From assembly GCA_041906785.1 (NCBI GenBank), contig JAYRIM010000028.1, positions 204,383 to 268,382 on the forward strand: a stretch of DNA of 64,000 nt, written 5' to 3'. Within the stretch, counting starts at the first letter, position 1. The number at the start of each line of letters is the position of its first letter. A program made the translations under genes and the position numbers. Positions 51,803 through 59,692 of the stretch are shown here, piece after piece. The notes beneath the pieces were generated by a model. It did no database searches. It had not been told where the DNA came from and saw only the letters and a program-made list of their open reading frames with translations. The stretch is from Candidatus Levyibacteriota bacterium (GTDB lineage: Bacteria > Patescibacteriota > Microgenomatia > Levybacterales > UBA12049).

Positions 51803-52621
51803 TTATACGCTAATTTTTATTTTTTTTACAATTGCTTCGTGGGCTTTCATTTCAAGTGAATCGTCTAGAGGTTGCAAAGTAATATCTTTTTTATATTTTA
51901 CATCTAAAGCTCGTTGAATAATAAAATCAGCTATATGAGGGTTTTTAGGTAGAAAAGGCCCGTGGAAGTAGCAACCAATGGCATTTTTATATACGACTCC
52001 TTCAGTTCCATCTTCACCATTATTTCCATAACCTTTAATAACTTTAGCAAACGGTTTACTGTTGGCTCCTAAATATGTTCTTCCACCATGATTCTCAAAA
52101 CCCACTATTAAATTGTGGGTTGTGAGTTGTGGGCTATGAGTTGAATCAAGGTTTTGCCATTCGACTTTGGCCACGATGTTACCTATACACCGAGGTTCAT
52201 TTGGACCAGGATTCTTGCTTACCATATCGAAAATTCCTAAACCATCTATTCGTTGGCCAACAGCAGGCTCATAATATTTACCCATGAGTTGTGGTGAGCC
52301 GCAAACGAAAAGTGCAGGTATATTATTTTCGATCATATCTTTTATGATCTCCTGTTTTTTTCCCTTTAAATCACGCATCACTATCTCTTGTTCTCGATCT
52401 TGAGATCCACCGCCGAATATAAGATCAACAGTTTTCAGTTGTTTATCGTTTGTCGAATGGTCTATAGGTAGAATCTCAACGTTAATTCCTCGCCATTCAC
52501 AGCGCTTTTGTAGCACAAGAATATTTCCACGATCTCCATATGTGCTCATTAGATCTGGGTAAAGCCAACCAATAGTCAATTTGAATTGACTATTGAGAGT
52601 TGAGAATTGAGAATTTTTCAT
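51803..52621 (-). CDS. gatD: lipid II isoglutaminyl synthase glutaminase subunit GatD (CobB/CobQ-like GATase)
   Basis: Catalytic Cys in ALFVCGSPQLMG and His in CYFHGPFLP. 4-nt overlap with the upstream MurT, the known pairing. Confidence 0.7.
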   Translation of the reverse strand: MKNSQFSTLNSQFKLTIGWLYPDLMSTYGDRGNILVLQKRCEWRGINVEILPIDHSTNDKQLKTVDLIFGGGSQDREQEIVMRDLKGKKQEIIKDMIENNIPALFVCGSPQLMGKYYEPAVGQRIDGLGIFDMVSKNPGPNEPRCIGNIVAKVEWQNLDSTHSPQLTTHNLIVGFENHGGRTYLGANSKPFAKVIKGYGNNGEDGTEGVVYKNAIGCYFHGPFLPKNPHIADFIIQRALDVKYKKDITLQPLDDSLEMKAHEAIVKKIKISV

Positions 52622-53973
52622 AAAATTTTCTTTCCGGTTAGAATTTTTCTGGTTTCGAGCATCGCGGTATATGTGGGGAGGATATACAAAGTTTCACTGG
52701 TGGCAATTTCTTCAAGTCCCGAAGTAAGTGCATCCTCCAATTTTTCAAATATTTTGAATATTGAATTGTATTTTTGAGTTTTGAGTTTTAAATTTTTATT
52801 TTCGAAGGCATATTTTATTCTGAGAGCCATGTCATACACTCTGTCTCCAGATATTGAAATTGTTTCTTTGCCATCTAATATGCCTTCTATGTCCGTGTCC
52901 CATATCCACGAAACATCTCTTCCGTCTGGAATCCTATCATTGAGAACGAAAAGAATGTTTTTTGCTCCAAGCTTCTTGATAGTTCGAAGTGATTCATTAA
53001 ATCCTGTTGGGTTTTTTGAAAGGAAAATTTGTACTTTTTTTCCTTGTATTTCTATTTCTTCTTGTCTACCAAACGCTGGCAGAAAGCTTTTTAAAGATTG
53101 CATTATAGCTTCCCTGCTAATCCCTATTGTTTGAGCAAGTAAAACTGCTGAATGAACATTGTATTGGTTATAAAGTCCTTTTAAGGGGTAGCATTCTACT
53201 TGATCTATATTCGCTTTTGGCCGTTTAAGACCACATTTTTTACATTCCCAATTACCAAGATGAGAAAATGTAAACGTTTTAAATACGAGTTTATTGCCAC
53301 ATTGGGGACAATATATTGAATCGACAGCATGAATTTGTTTTAGTTCTTTTTCTCCATGGTGATGAGCACTGAAATATTTTGCATTTGCAGATACACCAAG
53401 ATAGGCTACTGCAGGATCATCAGCATTAAGAATTAACATTGTTTTATCAAGTTTTTTAATAGCTTCCTGCCATTTTATAGCTATAGTGTTTACTTCACCA
53501 TAACGATCGAGTTGATCACGAAATAAATTCAGAATAATCAAATAATCAGGAGAAATTTCTTTCAAAATGTGAGGTAAGGCATTTTCATCAGATTCGAAAA
53601 TAGCGAAATCATAATCGAGTTTTCCTGTAAAAGTAGCATTCAGTAAAATACTTGATGCAATACCGTTTAATAAATTTGCCCCAGACTCATTAAGAAAAAC
53701 TTTACTTCCTGATTTTTCTAAAATATGCGCAATTAACTTTGAAGTTGTCGTTTTGCCATTCGTACCTGTGACAATTATCAATTTCGTACGTGATTTTCTC
53801 AAAATATCTCTAATAAAGTCTTTATTTACTTGTAATGCTATATGCCCAGGCCAAGTTGACCCATGCCCAAGATTGAAAGATTTCACAAGTCTAGAGAAAA
53901 TTTTGCCAGCACTTATTAGAAGAAAATTAAGCATAAATGTATTGTAACACGGGTATATATCAAACCCAAGCAT
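52618..53973 (-). CDS. murT: lipid II isoglutaminyl synthase ligase subunit MurT (Mur ligase family with Cys4 zinc ribbon)
   Basis: Mur ligase P-loop GTNGKTTTSKLIAHIL. MurT-specific zinc ribbon CPQCGNKL...CKKCG. DUF1727-like C-terminus. Confidence 0.8.
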   Translation of the reverse strand: MLGFDIYPCYNTFMLNFLLISAGKIFSRLVKSFNLGHGSTWPGHIALQVNKDFIRDILRKSRTKLIIVTGTNGKTTTSKLIAHILEKSGSKVFLNESGANLLNGIASSILLNATFTGKLDYDFAIFESDENALPHILKEISPDYLIILNLFRDQLDRYGEVNTIAIKWQEAIKKLDKTMLILNADDPAVAYLGVSANAKYFSAHHHGEKELKQIHAVDSIYCPQCGNKLVFKTFTFSHLGNWECKKCGLKRPKANIDQVECYPLKGLYNQYNVHSAVLLAQTIGISREAIMQSLKSFLPAFGRQEEIEIQGKKVQIFLSKNPTGFNESLRTIKKLGAKNILFVLNDRIPDGRDVSWIWDTDIEGILDGKETISISGDRVYDMALRIKYAFENKNLKLKTQKYNSIFKIFEKLEDALTSGLEEIATSETLYILPTYTAMLETRKILTGKKIL

Positions 53974-53982
53974 GGAGAAGTT

Positions 53983-54870
53983 CTACATTGATCGTAGTAT
54001 TTTTATTCTTTCTTCAATAGGTGGGTGGGTGTTAAATAATCCTGCAAAGCGCTTACCGACATCTTTCTTAAATGGATTTTCTATAAATAAATGCGCTGTT
54101 GCATTGGAAGCACTGTGGACAGGAAGGGGATCTTTCGAAATTTTTTCCAATGCAGAAGCTAGACCTTCAGGATACCGTGTTATAAGCACACCTGATGCAT
54201 CAGCAAGAAATTCTCGTTTTCGAGAGATTGCGAGTTGGATTAAGGTGGCTGCTATTGGAGAGAGGATTGCTAATAGTATGCCTAGCAGAACGAAAATTGC
54301 CTGCCCTTTCCCTTTACTTCTGCCTGAACCTCGAAAAAAACCTCGTAAAAAAAGATCTGCGAGAATTGAAACGAATCCTACGAGTATTGCTGTGATAGCC
54401 ATCAGTCGAGTATCAAAATTTCTCACGTGAGATAATTCATGTGCGAGGACACCTTCAAGTTCTACCTTCGAGAGTTTTTCAAGTAAACCTGTAGTAACTG
54501 CGACTGCTGCATGATTCGGATCTCTTCCTGTAGCAAAAGCATTTGGAGATGGGTCATTGATCAGATATAGCTTAGGCATAGGCACTCCAGAGCCAATAGC
54601 TAGATTTTCTAATATATGATAAAGCTCAGGATTTTGCTTAACGTCGACAAGCTGTGCACCAGTTGTAGCAAGGACCATTTTATCTGAATAATAATAACTT
54701 CCTATACTTGATATTCCGGAAAAAATAAGAGCAAAGCCAGCGTATGCGAGAGGGCTAGCTCCATATGCCTGAGCGAAGACATACGTAATTGTCGTAATAA
54801 AGACCACAAAAAGAACCATAATGAGATAACTTTTCCATTTGTTTTGGGAGATTGCTGTGTAGATATTCAT
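53983..54870 (-). CDS. htpX: M48 zinc metalloprotease HtpX
   Basis: HELSHV (HExxH) within a 4-TM topology; 295 aa. Confidence 0.85.
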   Translation of the reverse strand: MNIYTAISQNKWKSYLIMVLFVVFITTITYVFAQAYGASPLAYAGFALIFSGISSIGSYYYSDKMVLATTGAQLVDVKQNPELYHILENLAIGSGVPMPKLYLINDPSPNAFATGRDPNHAAVAVTTGLLEKLSKVELEGVLAHELSHVRNFDTRLMAITAILVGFVSILADLFLRGFFRGSGRSKGKGQAIFVLLGILLAILSPIAATLIQLAISRKREFLADASGVLITRYPEGLASALEKISKDPLPVHSASNATAHLFIENPFKKDVGKRFAGLFNTHPPIEERIKILRSM

Positions 54871-54936
54871 ATAGGGAAGTATTGTTAGATTGTTATAATG
54901 CTCTATTGTTTAAAAATCAATAAAACAATTTAACAA

Positions 54937-54964
54937 TAAAACAATGTTGTTTTATTGTTTGTAA
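54937..54964 (-). terminator. perfect 13-bp inverted repeat downstream of lemA (candidate terminator)
   Basis: AACAATAAAACAA-TG-TTGTTTTATTGTT, 24 nt past the lemA stop, followed on the minus strand by a T-rich stretch. A second imperfect hairpin (GGTTCTTTCT...AGAAAGAAACC) lies at 54965-55000. Confidence 0.4.
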
Positions 54965-54987
54965 GGGTTCTTTCTTAAGACTATATT

Positions 54988-55539
54988 CTAGAAAGAAACC
55001 TTCACGTTCTTTCGTTCTTCCTCATTTGCTTCGAAGAACTCTGCTGGTTTAAAACCAAACATATTAGCCACAATTACATTTGGAAAAACACCAATCTTTG
55101 TATTATATTCCAGTACATTGCTGTTATAGAATTGCCTTGAATATGCTATCTTATTTTCAGTGTCAGATAACTCCTCTTGTAATTTAGCGAAATTCTCATT
55201 TGCTTTAAGGTCAGGATAACTTTCCGCCACAGCAAATAATGATTTTAAGGTTTGGCTTAACATATTATTCGCTTCGGCCTTTTCACGTGTCCCTTGTGCT
55301 GACATTAAACTTGCCCGAGCTTTCGTAACATTCTCCAGAAGTTCTTTTTCATGTTTTGCGTAACCCTTTACTGTTTCGACAAGATTAGGAATAAGGTCTG
55401 TTCTTCTTTTTAGTTGAACATCGATGTGAGAAAGAGCCTCCTGAATTCGTAATTTAGCAGCAATAAGACTGTTATATACCAGCCATAAGTAGACGAGAAG
55501 CAAACCGAATAAGCCTAAAACGATAAATAATGCGTTCAT
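54988..55539 (-). CDS. lemA: LemA family protein
   Basis: N-terminal TM then [47 protein letters not shown], classic LemA. Confidence 0.8.
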   Translation of the reverse strand: MNALFIVLGLFGLLLVYLWLVYNSLIAAKLRIQEALSHIDVQLKRRTDLIPNLVETVKGYAKHEKELLENVTKARASLMSAQGTREKAEANNMLSQTLKSLFAVAESYPDLKANENFAKLQEELSDTENKIAYSRQFYNSNVLEYNTKIGVFPNVIVANMFGFKPAEFFEANEEERKNVKVSF

Positions 55540-55622
55540 TGTATCACCTCCTTTTCAGAGTGTATCATTCTCTTTTTGCAATCTTTTTTCAATGATTAAA
55601 AACACAACAGTTTAAATATACG

Positions 55623-57389
55623 TTATTTTTTTAACCAATTAACTACTTCATTATACGATTTTGCATTTAAAATGTTAAGCTTTGTTGCCCAACCTCTTCG
55701 TGCGACTGAGACACCATATTCCATAAGATTCATTTGATCTACGGCATGGCTATCCGTATTAATAACGAGCATGACATTTTTATCTACAGCTTTCCTAACA
55801 ATTTCATCTGTCAGATCAAGACGTGAAGGATACGCATTAATTTCAAGTGCTTTATTTTGTTCTTTACAGAACGTAAGTAATGTATTCCAATCAAGTTCAT
55901 ATCCAGACCGCTGATTTATGAGTCGTCCAGAAGGATGTGTGAGTACTTTTGCCTTTGGATGAGAAAGTCCTTTTAATACCCGTTTTGTCATCTTCTCACG
56001 ATCCATTGAAAAAACACTATGGATTGATACAAGTGTAAAATCTAATGTATTTAAAGCCGATTCCGGTAAAGCCAGAGAACCGTCTGGAAGTATATCTGTT
56101 TCCATAGAGTAAAAAATGTGAACCTTATCTCTGACCATTTTTTTTACTCGATCAATTTCTTTGTTTCTTGCTTCTATAAGAGACAGTATGTCTTTTTCTG
56201 TATGTTTCGAATTGCTGGGGTTATGCTCGGAAAATCCGATATACGAATAGCCAAGTTCTAAAGCTTTTTTTGTCATTTCTTCAATTGAGTTTTTTCCTAA
56301 ATCATGGCTTGGTTCTATTGGAAAGCTTGAATGTAAGTGAAAATCACCTTTCATATCTTTTTTTTCTAAAAGAATTGGTAAAGTATGATTTGCAGCTTTC
56401 TCGATTTCTCCTGTATCTTCTCGGATTTCTGGTGGAATCAAATCGAGTCCCAGATAGTTATAGAAATCCTTTTCATTCGTAAACGTTTCTAACTTCTCAG
56501 TTTTAAGATCTTTAATTCCTCTTTCGGAAAGGGATAGTCCTTTTTTTAGGGCAAGTTCTCGCAAGTGAACATTGTGGTTTTTACTTCCGGTAAAGTGTTG
56601 TAAAAGAGATCCGAATTTATCTGGTGCCATGACCATTAAATCAATATGTTTTCCTCCAGATACGATAAGGCCTGCTGAAACATCCCCTTCTTCGATAATC
56701 TGCTCTTTATATGGATACGAAATAAAATGCTTAATGACTTCTTGTGCTTTATCAGTTGATACAGCTAAATCAACATCTCCTATCGTATCTCGTCTTCTAC
56801 GTAAGCTACCTAAAGGATAGATTTCTTTTACAGCTTTTGATTGCTTCATATAGCTAATTATTTTTTCAGCAAGTTCGGAGGCATAAGGAAGAGTCATTCG
56901 CACAGATTTCGTTAATCCGTTTTTATATGATGTTAGTGCTTGGATAATATCTTCTTGAGATTTCTGACCGAATCCTTCAAGTGAAGCAATAACCCCAGAT
57001 TCTGCCACTTTTTTGAGGTCATCAATGACAGTTTCGGGATCATGTAACTTAAAATGACTTACAAGCTTGAATGATTTTTTGGGTCCAAAGGTAGGTACAT
57101 CTAAAAGAGGAAAAACAGCAGGTGGAATACCTTCCATTATAGTTTCAAAATGTTTAACTTTACCTGTTTTTATAAGCTCAACTAAATGTTGCTTTATAGA
57201 GGGACCAATCCCAGGAATATTTTCAATAGAGTTTTCCTGAATAAGATTTTTTATTTCAGCTGTGCTCGCATCTAAAGCATCCGCAGCTTTTTGATAGGCG
57301 ATTATCTGGAATCTATATTTTTTTTCGTCTTTAATCGCATATGTGGCTGCGACATTTCTAAGAAGTTTGGCAATTTCTTTATTTGACAT
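55623..57389 (-). CDS. polX: DNA polymerase X family protein with C-terminal PHP domain
   Basis: 588 aa. N-terminal helix-hairpin-helix / pol beta-like nucleotidyltransferase (GDVD...). C-terminal PHP histidine cluster (HLHSSFP...HNPSNSKH...). Confidence 0.8.
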   Translation of the reverse strand: MSNKEIAKLLRNVAATYAIKDEKKYRFQIIAYQKAADALDASTAEIKNLIQENSIENIPGIGPSIKQHLVELIKTGKVKHFETIMEGIPPAVFPLLDVPTFGPKKSFKLVSHFKLHDPETVIDDLKKVAESGVIASLEGFGQKSQEDIIQALTSYKNGLTKSVRMTLPYASELAEKIISYMKQSKAVKEIYPLGSLRRRRDTIGDVDLAVSTDKAQEVIKHFISYPYKEQIIEEGDVSAGLIVSGGKHIDLMVMAPDKFGSLLQHFTGSKNHNVHLRELALKKGLSLSERGIKDLKTEKLETFTNEKDFYNYLGLDLIPPEIREDTGEIEKAANHTLPILLEKKDMKGDFHLHSSFPIEPSHDLGKNSIEEMTKKALELGYSYIGFSEHNPSNSKHTEKDILSLIEARNKEIDRVKKMVRDKVHIFYSMETDILPDGSLALPESALNTLDFTLVSIHSVFSMDREKMTKRVLKGLSHPKAKVLTHPSGRLINQRSGYELDWNTLLTFCKEQNKALEINAYPSRLDLTDEIVRKAVDKNVMLVINTDSHAVDQMNLMEYGVSVARRGWATKLNILNAKSYNEVVNWLKK

Positions 57390-57451
57390 CGCTTCAAGTT
57401 TAGCAAAGGATTGCCTTCACTGCAATTATTTGTTACAATTGCATCGAATCT

Positions 57452-57529
57452 GGGGTGGTAGCTCAGTTGGTTTAGAGCGCCTCCCTGTCACGGAGGAGGT
57501 CGCGGGTTCGAGTCCCGTCCATCCCGCCC
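57452..57529 (+). tRNA. tRNA-Asp (anticodon GTC)
   Basis: GGGGTGG-TA-GCTC-AGTTGGTTTA-GAGC-G-CCTCC-CTGTCAC-GGAGG-...-GCGGG-TTCGAGT-CCCGT-CCATCCC-G-CCA. Discriminator G73. Near-identical arms to E. coli tRNA-Asp. CCA encoded. Confidence 0.9.
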
Positions 57530-57580
57530 AGAGAGTAATAATTATTACGAATTTCTTACACTGTTTGTAATAATCTCCTC

Positions 57581-57609
57581 TTGACATCATAATTTTTCGT
57601 CTTATAATA
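57581..57609 (+). promoter_or_regulatory. consensus sigma70-type promoter (TTGACA-N17-TATAAT)
   Basis: TTGACA at 57581-57586, 17-nt spacer, TATAAT at 57604-57609, about 28 nt upstream of the LysM gene ATG. Confidence 0.7.
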
Positions 57610-57636
57610 GTCGCAACTGTCCAGATAATACAAATT

Positions 57637-58506
57637 ATGGCAACAAAAAGGGCAGTTAAAAAAACTGAAAAAACAATAAAAACTCCTGTGGAAGAACAAA
57701 AAACAACTTCATCATGGACCAGTTATTTAAATTTTGGTGAATCATATAGTAGCTTGATTCTCGGTATTGTCGTCGTGATAGTTACTACAATTCTTCTGGT
57801 TTTTCTGGTTAAAGACAGAAATATTACTCAACAAACAAATATAAAAAAGGATGTATCTTCTACAAATAATACTATTGACAATAAGACACTTGCAAAGATT
57901 AGTTTAACTACTGCTCCTACACAAACACCAGCCGTTTCTCTAAATCCTTCTCCAACAAAAAAACCTACATCTATTCCAACTCCGACAGTACAACCAAAAA
58001 AAATAGCATCTGCTGTGAAACTTTCTCCTACTATTACGAAAAAGCCGACTCTTAAACCGACCGCTACGGTACAACCTACAGCAATTGCTGTAAAGCTCTC
58101 TCCTACGATTACCCCACAGAAAGTTACAAATGGAAAAACGTACACAGTAGTCTCAGGAGACAATCTCTGGAAAATTGCTGAGGCTCAATACGGCAGCGGA
58201 TATAATTGGGTAGATATCGCAAAAGCCAATAATTTAGAAAATCCGAGTGTCATTTCAGCAGGGACGAAATTAACAATTCCGTCCGTGACTCCTAAGATTA
58301 AAACCGTCGCCTCAGCGCAAGATGTTTCATACGGTTCGAAGATTACAGGAACGACTTACACTGTGCAGAAAGGTGATCATCTATGGGGTATAGCAGTACG
58401 TGCATATGGGGATGGCTACAAATGGACAGAAATCGCAGCTGTTAATAATATCAGTACTCCAAACATTATTTATTCCGGACAAGTAATTAAACTTCCTCGG
58501 TCGTAA
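57637..58506 (+). CDS. membrane-anchored protein with Pro/Thr-rich repeat linker and two C-terminal LysM domains
   Basis: TM at residues about 35-57. Repeats KLSPTITKKPTLKPTATVQPTA / KLSPTITPQ. LysM motifs YTVVSGDNLWKIAEAQYG...GTKLTIP and YTVQKGDHLWGIAVRAYG...GQVIKLP. Confidence 0.8.
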   Translation: MATKRAVKKTEKTIKTPVEEQKTTSSWTSYLNFGESYSSLILGIVVVIVTTILLVFLVKDRNITQQTNIKKDVSSTNNTIDNKTLAKISLTTAPTQTPAVSLNPSPTKKPTSIPTPTVQPKKIASAVKLSPTITKKPTLKPTATVQPTAIAVKLSPTITPQKVTNGKTYTVVSGDNLWKIAEAQYGSGYNWVDIAKANNLENPSVISAGTKLTIPSVTPKIKTVASAQDVSYGSKITGTTYTVQKGDHLWGIAVRAYGDGYKWTEIAAVNNISTPNIIYSGQVIKLPRS

Positions 58507-58642
58507 CTTTCCCTGACTTTTTCTATTAATTTTCGATTTTATTTCGAGATCTATTAGCGAAGAACTTCTATTACTAAAAGAAAACTTAAGCAACAAATTA
58601 AACAAATTTTTTATACGGACAAAAAAAATATTCAAACTCTTT

Positions 58643-58673
58643 TTGTTGCGTGCTGTGGTAAAATTGATATAAT
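58643..58673 (+). promoter_or_regulatory. promoter with extended -10 (TTGTTG ... TGaTATAAT)
   Basis: TATAAT at 58668-58673 preceded by TGa. TTGTTG at 58643-58648 (19-nt spacer). Placed to start transcription near 58680 at GCGGTGGTAGTAT. Confidence 0.45.
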
Positions 58674-58681
58674 TATGAAAT

Positions 58682-58850
58682 TGCGGTGGTAGTATCAGTC
58701 TAAAGCGAACTATGTTCGCATTATGACTGACCAGCCAATATGCGAAGCTTATGGCTGGCAGTGGTAGTATGCTACCATCCTCAGCCAATAACTATGGAAT
58801 TTGGCTGACCCGCTTGAATGCAAAGCTTTCAGACGGCAAGGCTAAAGAAT
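58682..58850 (+). ncRNA. highly structured leader/ncRNA upstream of the GIY-YIG ORF, carrying two partial copies of an internal tRNA-Gly segment
   Basis: Nested hairpins TCAGTC[GCGAAC-TAT-GTTCGC]GACTGA (58695-58730), CCAGCCA...TGGCTGG (58731-58758) and CAGCCAA...TTGGCTG (58782-58807). GGTAGTAT at 58688-58695. GGTAGTATGCTACC at 58763-58776 is identical to tRNA-Gly positions 59133-59146. Confidence 0.4.
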
Positions 58851-59126
58851 ATGTATTTTACATATGTGCTGAGATGTATTGATAATAAGAGAGGTCGAGT
58901 TGAGTTTTATACTGGCTCAAGTGAAACATTACCAAACCGTATTGAGGATCATAAATCAATGAGAGTAAAAACGACTAAGTCTTTTGATAGTATAGAACTT
59001 GTCTATTACGAAGCTTGTCTGAATAAAACCGATGCTCTTCATAGAGAGAATCAATTAAAAACAGGATTTGGAAGAGGATATATTAAAAGAAGAATTGAGA
59101 ATTATTTAAAAAATTTGCGGGGTTAG
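58818..59126 (+). CDS. GIY-YIG nuclease domain protein (small, about 90-102 aa)
   Basis: YFTYVLRCIDNKRGRVEFYTGSSETLPNRIEDH = GIY-YIG motif. The likely true start is the ATG at 58851 (MYFTYVL...). The last codons overlap the 5-prime end of tRNA-Gly. Confidence 0.75.
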   Translation: MQSFQTARLKNMYFTYVLRCIDNKRGRVEFYTGSSETLPNRIEDHKSMRVKTTKSFDSIELVYYEACLNKTDALHRENQLKTGFGRGYIKRRIENYLKNLRG

Positions 59127-59188
59127 TACACCGGTAGTATGCTACCTTCCCAAGGTAGAGAAGCGAGTTCAATTCTCGTACCCCGCTC
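59117..59188 (+). tRNA. tRNA-Gly (anticodon CCC)
   Basis: GCGGGGT-TA-GTAC-ACCGGTA-GTAT-G-CTACC-TTCCCAA-GGTAG-AGAA-GCGAG-TTCAATT-CTCGT-ACCCCGC-T. Discriminator U73 as expected for Gly. CCA not encoded. Confidence 0.8.
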
Positions 59189-59233
59189 AAATTGAAAGTA
59201 TCTACATCTTATTATCCCTGATAAACTAGAATT

Positions 59234-59671
59234 ATGAGCGAGTATGATCCTAATTATGTTCAAAAAAAATCATTTGCTATTGTTGGTCAAAAAGCGATTG
59301 TTTTAAACGCTGAAAACAAACTTCTACTATTACAAAGATCTGAAAAGTCAGGTAATGGTGGAAAATGGTCTGTGCCTGGAGGTGCACTTGAATTTAGTGA
59401 AGAACCTCTTGCAGGAATTGAGAGAGAAATAGAGGAAGAAACACAATTAAAAGTTTCAAGTATCCAGCCCTATCATGTAAAGTCTTATATAAATCAGGAT
59501 GGTGATTTTGTGGTAATTATTGGGTACTTGTGTAAAGCTGAAACTGATCAAGTTAAACTTAATTGGGAACATGATAACTTTCAATGGTTAACAAAAGATG
59601 AAGCTTTAAAACATGAGTTGACAACAGATGGACTAACCTTCATTGAGAATTTTCCTCTTGACAAAGAATAG
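59234..59671 (+). CDS. Nudix hydrolase
   Basis: Nudix box GGALEFSEEPLAGIEREIEEETQL; 145 aa. Confidence 0.8.
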   Translation: MSEYDPNYVQKKSFAIVGQKAIVLNAENKLLLLQRSEKSGNGGKWSVPGGALEFSEEPLAGIEREIEEETQLKVSSIQPYHVKSYINQDGDFVVIIGYLCKAETDQVKLNWEHDNFQWLTKDEALKHELTTDGLTFIENFPLDKE

Positions 59672-59692
59672 CTTGATTTGGTAACTTAAATC

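Noticed and set aside
57828-58163. Antisense 111-aa ORF inside the LysM gene (and similar antisense ORFs at 53972-54430, 36702-36944, 39111-39389 and 40028-40408)
   Set aside because: They lie fully inside strongly supported genes on the opposite strand. They are low-complexity translations of repeats or of conserved genes.
58682-58757. Second tRNA gene starting GCGGTGG-TA-GTAT
   Set aside because: No 3-prime acceptor complement, no T-arm, and no anticodon stem could be formed. Only the first roughly 15 nt resemble a tRNA.
58682-59188. Group I intron with GIY-YIG homing endonuclease splitting tRNA-Gly
   Set aside because: tRNA-Gly at 59117-59188 folds as a complete, contiguous cloverleaf. 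The upstream tRNA-like pieces cannot be joined to any 3-prime half to make a second tRNA.
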